A stretch of 32,000 nucleotides of DNA from Vibrio alginolyticus NBRC 15630 = ATCC 17749 (GTDB lineage: Bacteria; Pseudomonadota; Gammaproteobacteria; Enterobacterales; Vibrionaceae): positions 810,001 through 842,000 of the forward strand of contig NC_022349.1 of NCBI RefSeq assembly GCF_000354175.2, in the 5' to 3' direction. This document shows, piece by piece, positions 8,645 to 16,609 of the stretch. A model generated the notes under the pieces. The model ran no database searches. It saw only the letters and a program-made list of their open reading frames with translations, and was not told the origin of the DNA. The first letter of the stretch is position 1. Every line of letters starts with the position of its first letter. The translations under genes were made by a program, and so were the position numbers.

Positions 8645-8684
8645 AGAAATAGAAATATGCCACTCGCGGTTAAACGAGTGGCAT
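8645..8684 (-). terminator. Likely terminator of the TAXI binding-protein gene
   Basis: 10-bp stem ATGCCACTCG/CGAGTGGCAT (8657-8666 and 8675-8684). On the minus strand it is followed by ATTTCTATTTCT. Confidence 0.5.
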
Positions 8685-8732
8685 TGATCGAGAAAGATGG
8701 CGTTTTACATCAATAATAAGAGAAAGTAACGC

Positions 8733-9704
8733 TTACTTAATCAGCCCTACTTCTTTGTAGTATTTGAGCGCACCTGGGTGAAGAGGCGCAGATAAACCGT
8801 CTTTTACCATTTCCTCTTTCTTCAAGTTTGCAAACGCTGGGTGGAGACGGCGGAAATCATCGAAGTTTTCAAATACCGCTTTAACCACGTTATAAACCAC
8901 ATCTTCTGGTACAGCAGTAGAGGAAACAAACGTCGCGCCCACACCAAAGGTTTGAACATCACTATCTGTGCCACGATACATACCACCTGGGACATTTGCG
9001 ACACGATAGAAGCTGTTGTTTGCAACCAGTTTTTCTACATTAGGTCCAGCTACCGTTACGATATTACTATCACACGACGTAGTGGCTTCTTTAATCGCTC
9101 CACTTGGGTGACCAACGGTATAAATCATCGCATCAATTTTGTTATCACAAAGTGCTTTTGATTGCTCTGCTGCTTTTAACTCAGAGACAAGCTTAAAGTC
9201 GTCGTTACTCCAACCATACTGGTTCATTAGTACTTCCATAGTACCTCGCTGACCAGAACCAGGATTACCAATGTTAACGCGCTTACCTTTCAAATCATCA
9301 AAAGTTTTGATGTTCGCGTCTTTACGTGCAACGACAGTAAACGGTTCTGGATGAACGGAGAATACGGCGCGTAGCTCTTTAAAAGGCCCGCTTTCTTCAA
9401 ACTTACTGGTTCCTTTGTAAGCATGATACTGCCAGTCTGATTGCGCGATACCGAGGTCCAATTCACCAGCACGAATAGTGTTGATGTTATAAATCGATCC
9501 CCCAGTACTTTCTACCGAACAACGGATACCGTGATCTTCTCGCGATTTGTTAACCAAGCGACAAATAGCGCCACCAGTCGGATAATAAACCCCTGTTACG
9601 CCACCGGTACCAATCGTGACAAACGTTTCCTCCGCAGACGCAGAAAAGCCTGTTGTGAGTGCCGCCAAAGAAGCCGCAAGTGCGATTTGCTTAAACTTAA
9701 ACAT
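8733..9704 (-). CDS. TAXI-family TRAP transporter solute receptor (immunogenic-protein-like)
   Basis: 323 aa with a signal peptide ([12 protein letters not shown]) and a [21 protein letters not shown] motif typical of TAXI binding proteins. Confidence 0.85.
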   Translation of the reverse strand: MFKFKQIALAASLAALTTGFSASAEETFVTIGTGGVTGVYYPTGGAICRLVNKSREDHGIRCSVESTGGSIYNINTIRAGELDLGIAQSDWQYHAYKGTSKFEESGPFKELRAVFSVHPEPFTVVARKDANIKTFDDLKGKRVNIGNPGSGQRGTMEVLMNQYGWSNDDFKLVSELKAAEQSKALCDNKIDAMIYTVGHPSGAIKEATTSCDSNIVTVAGPNVEKLVANNSFYRVANVPGGMYRGTDSDVQTFGVGATFVSSTAVPEDVVYNVVKAVFENFDDFRRLHPAFANLKKEEMVKDGLSAPLHPGALKYYKEVGLIK

Positions 9705-9963
9705 TGAACATCCCTTTTACTTGTGTTGATGACCGTTTAAGTATAGCAACCGTTAACAATTTGATAACGTTTGAGTTCTCATCCTTGGCGGTTAGCTTAG
9801 TAATCACCATTTTATTGGCATATTCTGCCGTTATATAATGGCTCTATATAAGCGTAAACCGTATAGTCTAGAAAATTAAATCTTTAGACTGATATGTCCA
9901 TTCTAAATTATCTATTAAATAGAAATACTCAGGTCAAATTACTATAATCTTGTTAAATAACCT

Positions 9964-10329
9964 TTATTCTATATAAATATGATGAGTTATAACTCCAGCC
10001 AGAAGACATGATGTACTTGAAATAAATAATACGAATGAGAGAACAAACAATCGTTGAATATGAATTGGAACCTTATCCCTCTTCTCTAACATTTTATATC
10101 GTTTCGCATGAAAAGTGCTCAGAAAAACAGTTCCATATTGTAGTACTCCGTGACCTGATAAGAATATATTCAGAGTGTAGTATCGAACTCCATTATCAAG
10201 AGCATCTTCAAGATACTTCAACCACTTAGATTTCAAATAAATAACAAACAAAAACCAAGCAAATATACCTAAAATTCCAACCGTAGTCAGATAAATCACT
10301 AAATCTGATGCTAAACTGATATCTTCCAT
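9964..10329 (-). CDS. Hypothetical small membrane protein (121 aa, about 3 hydrophobic segments) in a very AT-rich islet
   Basis: It is the only long ORF in 9.7-10.65 kb and I recognise no family. The RBS is weak, and AT-rich DNA tends to give spurious ORFs. Confidence 0.4.
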   Translation of the reverse strand: MEDISLASDLVIYLTTVGILGIFAWFLFVIYLKSKWLKYLEDALDNGVRYYTLNIFLSGHGVLQYGTVFLSTFHAKRYKMLEKRDKVPIHIQRLFVLSFVLFISSTSCLLAGVITHHIYIE

Positions 10330-10635
10330 CTTCGACTACTTATTAAGTTGAGTTTTATATAATTCTGTTCCCAAATACTCACCAGTCGAACTACCATATT
10401 TTGTTATTGAGTATCTAATTACACCCTTCACTACAAAAAATTCTTAAACACACTTTTTGTGAATAATAATGGCACTTTAACTTAATTTTACGCAACAAGG
10501 CTACTATGAAGTTGTTAGCTTTGAGCTGAGTTCAACAAAAACAGTAACTTTTATGCAATGTAACTCACTACGTTATATTGCTTTACAAACAAATCACCCA
10601 GTAAATATCCGTATCTAGTTTAGATAGCTGAAGTA

Positions 10636-11240
10636 AATTACCACCTTCTAAAGAAGGTGGCTTTGTGTGAGCCCCCTAAAAGGGGGCCTTTGTTTAGTCC
10701 AGCGCCAATTGCTGCTGCTCTACTCGCTCTTGCTTCTCTTGATGTCTTACATATCGGCGTATTATTTCTTCATTGATTCCAACACTATCGACAAAATAGC
10801 CTCTTTGCCAAAAGTGATTACCCCAAAGCCTGTTCTTCCTAAGGTGAGGAAACTTGCTAAATAGCTTTAAGGCTATTTTGCCTTTCAATACCCCCATCAA
10901 CTTGGATATCGAAAGCTTTGGTGGGACCTTTACAACTAAATGTACGTGGTCAACTTGTACGTTTAGCTCTACGACTTCACATCCAAGTTGATTACAGTAA
11001 ACATAAATACATCGATAAACTTCTTTACCTATATTGTTCTTCAAGATCCTAAATCGATACTTTGGCGTCCACACTATATGGTATTGACAACGCCAAAATA
11101 CGTGGGAAGCTTGATTGTATCTACTCATGTTATTTGTCCTCTTTGACTTCTGGAAAAATCAAAGACGCATTTAGCATGAGTAGTTTTACAGGCAAAGCCG
11201 AAACGGATGATAACCACCTACTGAAGTAGGTGGTTTAGGG
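10636..11240 (-). mobile_element. IS200-group insertion sequence (IS200/IS605 family, tnpA only); boundaries approximate
   Basis: Y1 transposase gene flanked by subterminal hairpins: CCACCTTC-TAAA-GAAGGTGG (10641-10660), GCCCCC-TAAAA-GGGGGC (10671-10687) and AACCACCTAC-TGAA-GTAGGTGGTT (11212-11235). I could not define the exact ends. Confidence 0.8.
10694..11128 (-). CDS. tnpA: IS200/IS605-family Y1 (HUH) transposase TnpA
   Basis: 144 aa. It has MSRYNQASHVFWRCQYHIVWTPKYR, the HUH region (QVDHVHLVV), and a C-terminal catalytic Tyr region (RGYFVDSVG). Confidence 0.92.
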   Translation of the reverse strand: MSRYNQASHVFWRCQYHIVWTPKYRFRILKNNIGKEVYRCIYVYCNQLGCEVVELNVQVDHVHLVVKVPPKLSISKLMGVLKGKIALKLFSKFPHLRKNRLWGNHFWQRGYFVDSVGINEEIIRRYVRHQEKQERVEQQQLALD

Positions 11241-11242
11241 CT

Positions 11243-11276
11243 GAAAATAAAAAAAGCGTTGTATAAACAACGCTTT
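11243..11276 (-). terminator. Rho-independent terminator of the translocon operon (after vopD)
   Basis: The minus strand reads AAAGCGTTG-TTTATA-CAACGCTTT followed by TTTTTATTTT, 20 nt after the vopD stop. Confidence 0.8.
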
Positions 11277-11296
11277 GTAGTTAGTGAAACGGATGG

Positions 11297-12301
11297 TTAC
11301 ACCGTTGGGACTGACGCTCGCCACGCTTGGTTCTGGCTATCTGAGATAGATCGGAACAAGTCACGTAGCTCTTTCAATAAACCTTCTTGGAAACCAATGT
11401 TTTCATCGGCTTTCTGTTTGGCTGCTTGTGCGCGAGTCGCTTGTACTTCATCATCTTTGCTGCGCGCTTGCGCTTTGGTTTGCTCTACATTCGATGCTGA
11501 GTTTGCCATCTGGCCCAAAGCTTGAAGAATCGCGTTCTTCGCTTGGTTTGAGCTCATCAACTTATCGAACTTACGGCCACCACTTGTCAGCTGCGCTGTC
11601 GTGTCTGCGATATTGTCTTTCGCTAGTGAGTGCGCACGCTTAACCTGATCTTGCTGAGTTTTAGACAAGCTATTGTTATTTAATAACTCTTCTGCTTGAT
11701 CGAAGCCAGCTTTTTGCGTTTTCAGTACATTATTGCTCGCCATTTCATTCTTGATTTCTTTCCCTGCTTTGAAAGAACCAAGGGCACCAATAATTGCGGT
11801 AGCACCCGCTAATACACCCGAAACGACTGCCATCGCGATCATTGCGCTTGCCGAATTGTTTAGCTCTGCCGCTTGGCTTTCTAAACTCGCGACGTTTGCT
11901 TCAACAGCAATTTCACGTTGTAGCACTTGCTGCTCACGGCTCAGCTTTGATACTTGATACAACAATGTTAATAGCGTCAACGATTGTGATACCGCATCTG
12001 ATGGTGACTTGATCACCTCCTCACCGTTAAGTGCTTTCATCGTTGTGCTCACTAATGAGCTCACCGTCGGCGCAAGAGCGCTCATTAGGTTTGCAACAAC
12101 TTGAGCTTGATTACTCACTGTAGGAGCTTTAGGTGTCTCTAACTGGTAGCGTGCTGCACCAGAAACACCTGACTCACTTTGGCTTTTAACGGCGCCCGCT
12201 TCAAGCTTTGTTTCCGGCGCTTTTTCTGCTTTGTTGGTTTTAATGGTATCGCCTAAACCGTATAGTTCACCACGACCCGTTCCGCCTACTTTATCTAGCA
12301 T
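11297..12301 (-). CDS. vopD: T3SS minor translocator (YopD/PopD family, SctB)
   Basis: 334 aa with a central hydrophobic segment (AMIAMAVVSGVLAGATAIIGALG). It is the last gene of a vcrGVH-vopBD-type operon. AAGGAG RBS. Confidence 0.85.
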   Translation of the reverse strand: MLDKVGGTGRGELYGLGDTIKTNKAEKAPETKLEAGAVKSQSESGVSGAARYQLETPKAPTVSNQAQVVANLMSALAPTVSSLVSTTMKALNGEEVIKSPSDAVSQSLTLLTLLYQVSKLSREQQVLQREIAVEANVASLESQAAELNNSASAMIAMAVVSGVLAGATAIIGALGSFKAGKEIKNEMASNNVLKTQKAGFDQAEELLNNNSLSKTQQDQVKRAHSLAKDNIADTTAQLTSGGRKFDKLMSSNQAKNAILQALGQMANSASNVEQTKAQARSKDDEVQATRAQAAKQKADENIGFQEGLLKELRDLFRSISDSQNQAWRASVPTV

Positions 12302-12311
12302 AATAAACTCC

Positions 12312-13511
12312 TTATACCGTTGCAGGACGGCTTAACACCGTTTGCATAGTTTCACTTTTCGCTTGAATCATTTGCATGATGAGGCTCATCAACTCTTGGA
12401 AGTCTTCCATCAACTTACCAATCTCTTCTTTGAGCTTATCAATGACAGCCTGGCTTAACGTCATTTTGGCTCGAAGGTCTGTGATATCAGCCTGAATCTC
12501 TGTCACGTGAGCATTGTTAGCAGCGTGGACACTGTCCGTTGCGCCTTTACCCACATTGACGGCAAGATCGACGGTTTCTGCGCCATAACGAATCGCTTTC
12601 GCTGTTGTTGTCGCAGCTTTTGTGCCCATATCCGCCACTTTCGCCATGTTTGCAGCGGCTTTCGTAGCGATTTCTGTGACCTTTTGAGCTACCTTACCAG
12701 CACCTTTTGCTGCAAGTTTCGCGATACCGCCAGCTGCTGCACCACCAAACGTCACAACAGCTCCAATAACCGCGACGGCGATTTCTAATGCCATTACGAC
12801 TTTGTTTAGCACATCGACATTTATGCCCGCTTCTTTTAGCGCATCTTGAACGGCTGGCTCTTGCAGCGCCATGCTCACTGCTCCCATAACGCCACCAGCG
12901 ATCATAAGTGCACCGGCTGCTGCACCAACACCCGTTGCCACCATTACGGCACCAACAACAATAGAAACCACCGCACTGATCCAACCAAAGATCTTCGCTG
13001 CTAAGCCTGATTTTTGGGCTTCTTTTGCAGCGGCTTCCGATTCTTTGATTTTGTCTTGGTTTTCCACCATCTCTTTTTCGTGCTTAGCTTTTGCGACCTT
13101 CACTTCCTGAATTTTCAGCTCGTTTTGAGCACTTTTCAGTTTATCCGTGATAGCAGCAAGCTCTACTTCAAAATCATCAGCAGATCCTGCGATGATTTTG
13201 ACGGCAATCGAACCTGTTTGGTCTGCAACTGCATGGAGAGATTTTGCAATGGTATCGACGATCTTTTGCAGCTGTGCCATGGCTTTTAGCGTCAAATCAT
13301 TCACTTTGTCACTAACAGCTGCGTTAGGTGCATCTAACTGAACTTTTACTTTTCCGGTGTTCAGTACATCTGCATCTTTACTCTTCACGTTTTCTACCGT
13401 CACAGAAGGCGTCGCTGTAGGCGCCGTTTTCTGCACGTTATCTAACGTGGCTTGGCCAGATTCAGGGCTATAAACCTGTGTCTGGATGCGGTCAAGTGCA
13501 ATAGAACTCAT
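12312..13511 (-). CDS. vopB: T3SS major translocator (YopB/PopB family, SctE)
   Basis: 399 aa with coiled-coil regions and two Gly/Ala-rich TM segments (IFGWISAVVSIVVGAVMVATGVGAAAGALMIAGGVMGAV). Its position after the class II chaperone fits. AAGGAG RBS. Confidence 0.88.
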   Translation of the reverse strand: MSSIALDRIQTQVYSPESGQATLDNVQKTAPTATPSVTVENVKSKDADVLNTGKVKVQLDAPNAAVSDKVNDLTLKAMAQLQKIVDTIAKSLHAVADQTGSIAVKIIAGSADDFEVELAAITDKLKSAQNELKIQEVKVAKAKHEKEMVENQDKIKESEAAAKEAQKSGLAAKIFGWISAVVSIVVGAVMVATGVGAAAGALMIAGGVMGAVSMALQEPAVQDALKEAGINVDVLNKVVMALEIAVAVIGAVVTFGGAAAGGIAKLAAKGAGKVAQKVTEIATKAAANMAKVADMGTKAATTTAKAIRYGAETVDLAVNVGKGATDSVHAANNAHVTEIQADITDLRAKMTLSQAVIDKLKEEIGKLMEDFQELMSLIMQMIQAKSETMQTVLSRPATV

Positions 13512-13518
13512 AGTCTAA

Positions 13519-14004
13519 TTACTCCTTTTTATTTCTCACCGCTTCTAACATGATGCCTGCACGCTCATGCAAATCTGCATATTGTGATTTTCCGGCAGAC
13601 ATCTCCTTCGCGCTGTAAAACCCACTCTCTGCTTCTGTCAGTTGTTCCAGTTTCAGGTGACATTCAGCAGAGTGAAAAGGTGGGCGTGGATCATTTACGT
13701 CCACTAGCGCTGCGTAGCTGTAGGCGTCTATTGCCTGCAGATACTCACCCAACTCCTGACGAGCCGCGCCAAGGCCAATGAAAAATCGCGCCTGATAATG
13801 ATCAAGCATGCTGAGTAATTGAAATACTTTCGCTGCTTGCTCAATCTTTCCCGATTGGAAAAAGTTGTAACCTACGGCATAAATGTGTTCGATGGTGTCC
13901 TGAGACACATCGTGCAACATTTTTAGCGTGCCTCCCTCTTCCAGAAAAGACAGCAGCTCTTCTGCTTGCATTTGGGATGGATCGGTCGCGTTTGTTTTAG
14001 TCAT
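13519..14004 (-). CDS. vcrH: Class II (TPR) translocator chaperone, LcrH/SycD/PcrH family
   Basis: 161 aa with TPR-like repeats (YAVGYNFFQSGKIEQAAKVFQLL...YLQAIDAYSYAALVD) and conserved operon position. Confidence 0.9.
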   Translation of the reverse strand: MTKTNATDPSQMQAEELLSFLEEGGTLKMLHDVSQDTIEHIYAVGYNFFQSGKIEQAAKVFQLLSMLDHYQARFFIGLGAARQELGEYLQAIDAYSYAALVDVNDPRPPFHSAECHLKLEQLTEAESGFYSAKEMSAGKSQYADLHERAGIMLEAVRNKKE

Positions 14005-14016
14005 GGTTGGTTATCC

Positions 14017-15840
14017 TTAAATGGCTCGTAGGATTTCTTGTAAAATACTGTGGTACTTCTGAACAAACTTGTTCATCGCTTCAACGGTCGAGTTGTATTG
14101 AGAACTGGTGTCGTTCAGCTCAGTGGTTTTGATTTGCACTTCATCGTTAAGCAACTTGGATTTAGCACTGACAGAACTAGAAAAATTAGACAGTTTTTTC
14201 GACTTCTCTTCGTCTTGGTACGACGCACCATCACCGATAGTAATACCTTGTGTTTGAAGGAAGTCTCGATGGTTTGTTATCTTATTATCCGTCAAATACT
14301 TGTACTCAGGTGAAGCTTCAAAATCCGTTTGATTGCTGTAGTTAAAGTCACTCGCTTTGAAGTTACTTTCTGGATATCCCGGTTTATAAACCCCATCAAC
14401 ACTTTGCGTAGAGTGAATTTTTGATTGCACAACACCAAAAACTTTAAGCTGTATTGTGAGATCCTCTAATGCCTCTTTCTGGTCATTACGTTTCTCTAAA
14501 CGGTTAACACGACGCTCATTTAGTGCAAGCAGCACTTGCTCATCAAAACGGTCTCCAATGCTGGACTCAACAACGGCCAACAAATCACGAGCCGTTAGAG
14601 AGTGCTCTGCTCTCACCTCGCGATCCGCTTTCTCTTTATCGGTGATATTGAGTAGACGCTCTTTCAATGCCCCTAAGTTCTTGCGCAATGCCTCGTATCG
14701 CTCAGTAAATGAAGCCCCGGTAGATTCACCTTTTACTATTTTTTCAAACTGTAATCGGATATCTCGTTCGGTGTTTTCTTTGATCAAATTAACTTGAGCT
14801 GCCGTTATCTGTGTCTTTTGGACATCGGCTATCGCGCTGTCCTGGTAAAAGTCGTCGATTTCTATATTTGTTAAACTCACCGCGAAGTTGGCGAACAGAC
14901 TAGAAAGGGTCAAAGGCTCAGTTCCACCAATGACAGTATTAAGTGCTGCTTTTAGATTGTTCGTTCCACTCGCCTCACCATAAGCTGCGCTATATTGGCC
15001 TTTCACTTGAGCGGCCATTTCATCTAACGCTTCTTTAAGCTGCTGTTTAGAAATACCAGGAGTCCAGGTAATTCTGCTAGCTAGCGCACTTGCGTCATCG
15101 GTGCTTAAAGTAATACCGATGCCTTGAAAACTACTTTTTAATTGAGCTGAGACTTGAAGAGCGAAACTCTCTTTAGTCAACAGAAAATCCGAGCTCTTCA
15201 GTTGCGCGAGATTAACGGAACCTAAGCTACTAAAGGCATTGCGAAGAAAAGAAATAGAAGCATCTCTCACTTCACGGGAGCCCATTTGATTAGCAAGCTC
15301 TGCAACAAAAAGAGAAATTTCTTTGGTGGCATTAGCCAGACCTGTCTCGGAGAGGTTGGCGATCTGCTCCGCTTGGTTACTCTGAGTGCCCAGATTAAAT
15401 TGACTAACAAACTCAGTAGATAACGAGCTATCTACGTTTTCCGTCAGTAACTTACTAAACCAAGACTGAAACTGATTTGATAGCGTTTGGTTTGTTTGAG
15501 CATTAAACTCGGCTGCGGTTAATTCGCCATCTGAGTTAGCACTTTGTAGCGACTTTAGCCAAACAGATGCGGTGTCGGTCAATGATATACCAGCAAACGC
15601 GTTATTTTTCGCTTTTAGGTTTTCAAGCGTATCAACATAAAGCGCGATGCTTTGTAATTCCGTTTGTCCCGAGATAGTTGGCAATGAAGAGATTATCGAG
15701 GCAAGTTGCTGAGTCTCTGCTTCACCCAGTACAGGGGTAAATGCCTCTATCAAGTTTTGTTGGAAAGTGGGTAATGGTGCACTACTCGCAGCTGTGTCTG
15801 TTGCTCCTGTCGTAGAGCCAGTCGTTTTCATATTCGTCAT
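14017..15840 (-). CDS. vcrV: T3SS needle-tip protein, LcrV/PcrV family (SctA), with a long N-terminal extension
   Basis: The C-terminal half aligns by eye to LcrV: ALEDLTIQLKVFGVVQSKIHS to [21 protein letters not shown], and TSSQYNSTVEAMNKFVQKYHSILQ to [23 protein letters not shown]. I prefer ATG 15840 (MTNMKTT), which follows GAGG, over TTG 15846. Confidence 0.85.
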   Translation of the reverse strand: MTNMKTTGSTTGATDTAASSAPLPTFQQNLIEAFTPVLGEAETQQLASIISSLPTISGQTELQSIALYVDTLENLKAKNNAFAGISLTDTASVWLKSLQSANSDGELTAAEFNAQTNQTLSNQFQSWFSKLLTENVDSSLSTEFVSQFNLGTQSNQAEQIANLSETGLANATKEISLFVAELANQMGSREVRDASISFLRNAFSSLGSVNLAQLKSSDFLLTKESFALQVSAQLKSSFQGIGITLSTDDASALASRITWTPGISKQQLKEALDEMAAQVKGQYSAAYGEASGTNNLKAALNTVIGGTEPLTLSSLFANFAVSLTNIEIDDFYQDSAIADVQKTQITAAQVNLIKENTERDIRLQFEKIVKGESTGASFTERYEALRKNLGALKERLLNITDKEKADREVRAEHSLTARDLLAVVESSIGDRFDEQVLLALNERRVNRLEKRNDQKEALEDLTIQLKVFGVVQSKIHSTQSVDGVYKPGYPESNFKASDFNYSNQTDFEASPEYKYLTDNKITNHRDFLQTQGITIGDGASYQDEEKSKKLSNFSSSVSAKSKLLNDEVQIKTTELNDTSSQYNSTVEAMNKFVQKYHSILQEILRAI

Positions 15841-15850
15841 TTCCAAACCT

Positions 15851-16135
15851 CTAAATCATCATGCCGCGCATCACTGTGGGACGCTTTCTGCGTTTACCTG
15901 ACGTACCTTGTAGCTGATTTTGTTGTTGCCGGCGGCGTTGGACTTCGTCTATTAGCTCTTGCTCTGCACGTTTCATGGTATCTACTGGTGCTTTTATGCC
16001 GCCAAGTAAAACATCACCCGCAACAGGACCAACACCTAAGCCTTCCAATAGCTCGTTAAAAATATCGGTTCTGTCTTCAGCTTTTCTAATGGCAAGCTCA
16101 GCGTTCTCAATCGCATCGGTAAACGGTTGCTTCAT
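15851..16135 (-). CDS. vcrG: LcrG/PcrG-family tip-protein chaperone and secretion regulator
   Basis: The C-terminus GKRRKRPTVMRGMMI resembles LcrG GKRPRKPTMMRGQII. The 94-aa form starting MKQPFTD matches LcrG length (95 aa). The ORF-track start at 16162 lies inside the predicted promoter spacer. Confidence 0.85.
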   Translation of the reverse strand: MKQPFTDAIENAELAIRKAEDRTDIFNELLEGLGVGPVAGDVLLGGIKAPVDTMKRAEQELIDEVQRRRQQQNQLQGTSGKRRKRPTVMRGMMI

Positions 16136-16145
16136 CTTGATTCCT

Positions 16146-16197
16146 ATCTTAAAGCGGGTCATCTCATCGGTGCTGTCAGTAACAGTCGTGAGTTTTT
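16146..16197 (-). promoter_or_regulatory. ExsA-box promoter of vcrG-vcrV-vcrH-vopB-vopD
   Basis: The minus strand reads AAAAACTCACGACTGTTACTGACAG (16197 to 16173). This matches every specified position of the P. aeruginosa ExsA consensus AaAAAnwnMygrCynnnmYTGayAk, quoted from memory. A 22-nt spacer separates it from TAAGAT (16151-16146). Confidence 0.65.
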
Positions 16198-16609
16198 ACT
16201 TTTTCAACTTTTTCAAAGGTCTATAATCTGCTAGACGTAAACAGTACCAGTCGTCTAGCTCATCATGGCTTGCACCGCATGCTTTTAGATAGAATTGTGC
16301 CAATCGCTGGCTGTTCATGTTGCTACCACGTAACACATCGACGTTGCCGCGAATGACCCAATCGGAGGGATAAAGTTGAATGGCATGTTCAGCCAAGAGA
16401 AATAAGCCGGCAAAGGGGTTACTCAACCCCAATTTTGGACGAACGCGTTTCAGAAGAACGATGATGATTTCACCGTCCTCCACCCGAAAAACGAGCTCTA
16501 AGCCTTCAACTTCAATTCGATAACCAAGTTGAATTTCACTTTGTTGCCAAAAGTATGGCGTCACTTCGATCCCCGCTTGCGCCAGCGAGAGTATTAGTTT
16601 TGTTTTCAT
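16196..16609 (-). CDS. vcrR: LcrR/PcrR-family T3SS regulatory protein
   Basis: 137 aa, located between vcrD and vcrG as in the Yersinia and Pseudomonas lcrDR/pcrDR loci. TAATG 1-nt overlap with the vcrD stop. Confidence 0.75.
   Translation of the reverse strand: MKTKLILSLAQAGIEVTPYFWQQSEIQLGYRIEVEGLELVFRVEDGEIIIVLLKRVRPKLGLSNPFAGLFLLAEHAIQLYPSDWVIRGNVDVLRGSNMNSQRLAQFYLKACGASHDELDDWYCLRLADYRPLKKLKK

Noticed and set aside
8519-8655. REP/MITE-like sequences downstream of the TAXI gene: GTGTCACTCCAGCGAGG (8519-8535) and an ATCCTGTA...TACAGGAT hairpin (8606-8640) followed by GACGAG
   Set aside because: They resemble short intergenic repeat families, but with one copy in the window I cannot show repetition or define a unit. 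This needs a whole-genome self-BLAST.
10330-11240. Looked for a tnpB/IscB-type gene or omega-RNA-like region next to tnpA (an IS605-type two-gene element)
   Set aside because: There is no ORF longer than 60 aa next to tnpA apart from antisense artefacts (10667-10864). The element is about 0.6 kb, which fits a TnpA-only IS200-group member.
12694-12984. 96-aa Cys/Trp/Arg-rich ORF, and other alternative-frame or antisense ORFs inside vopB and vopD (12507-12788, 12871-13110, 13014-13289, 11428-11643, 11733-11957)
   Set aside because: They lie entirely within well-supported translocator genes. Their odd composition is what off-frame reading of Ala/Gly-rich codons produces. They have no RBS and no independent support.
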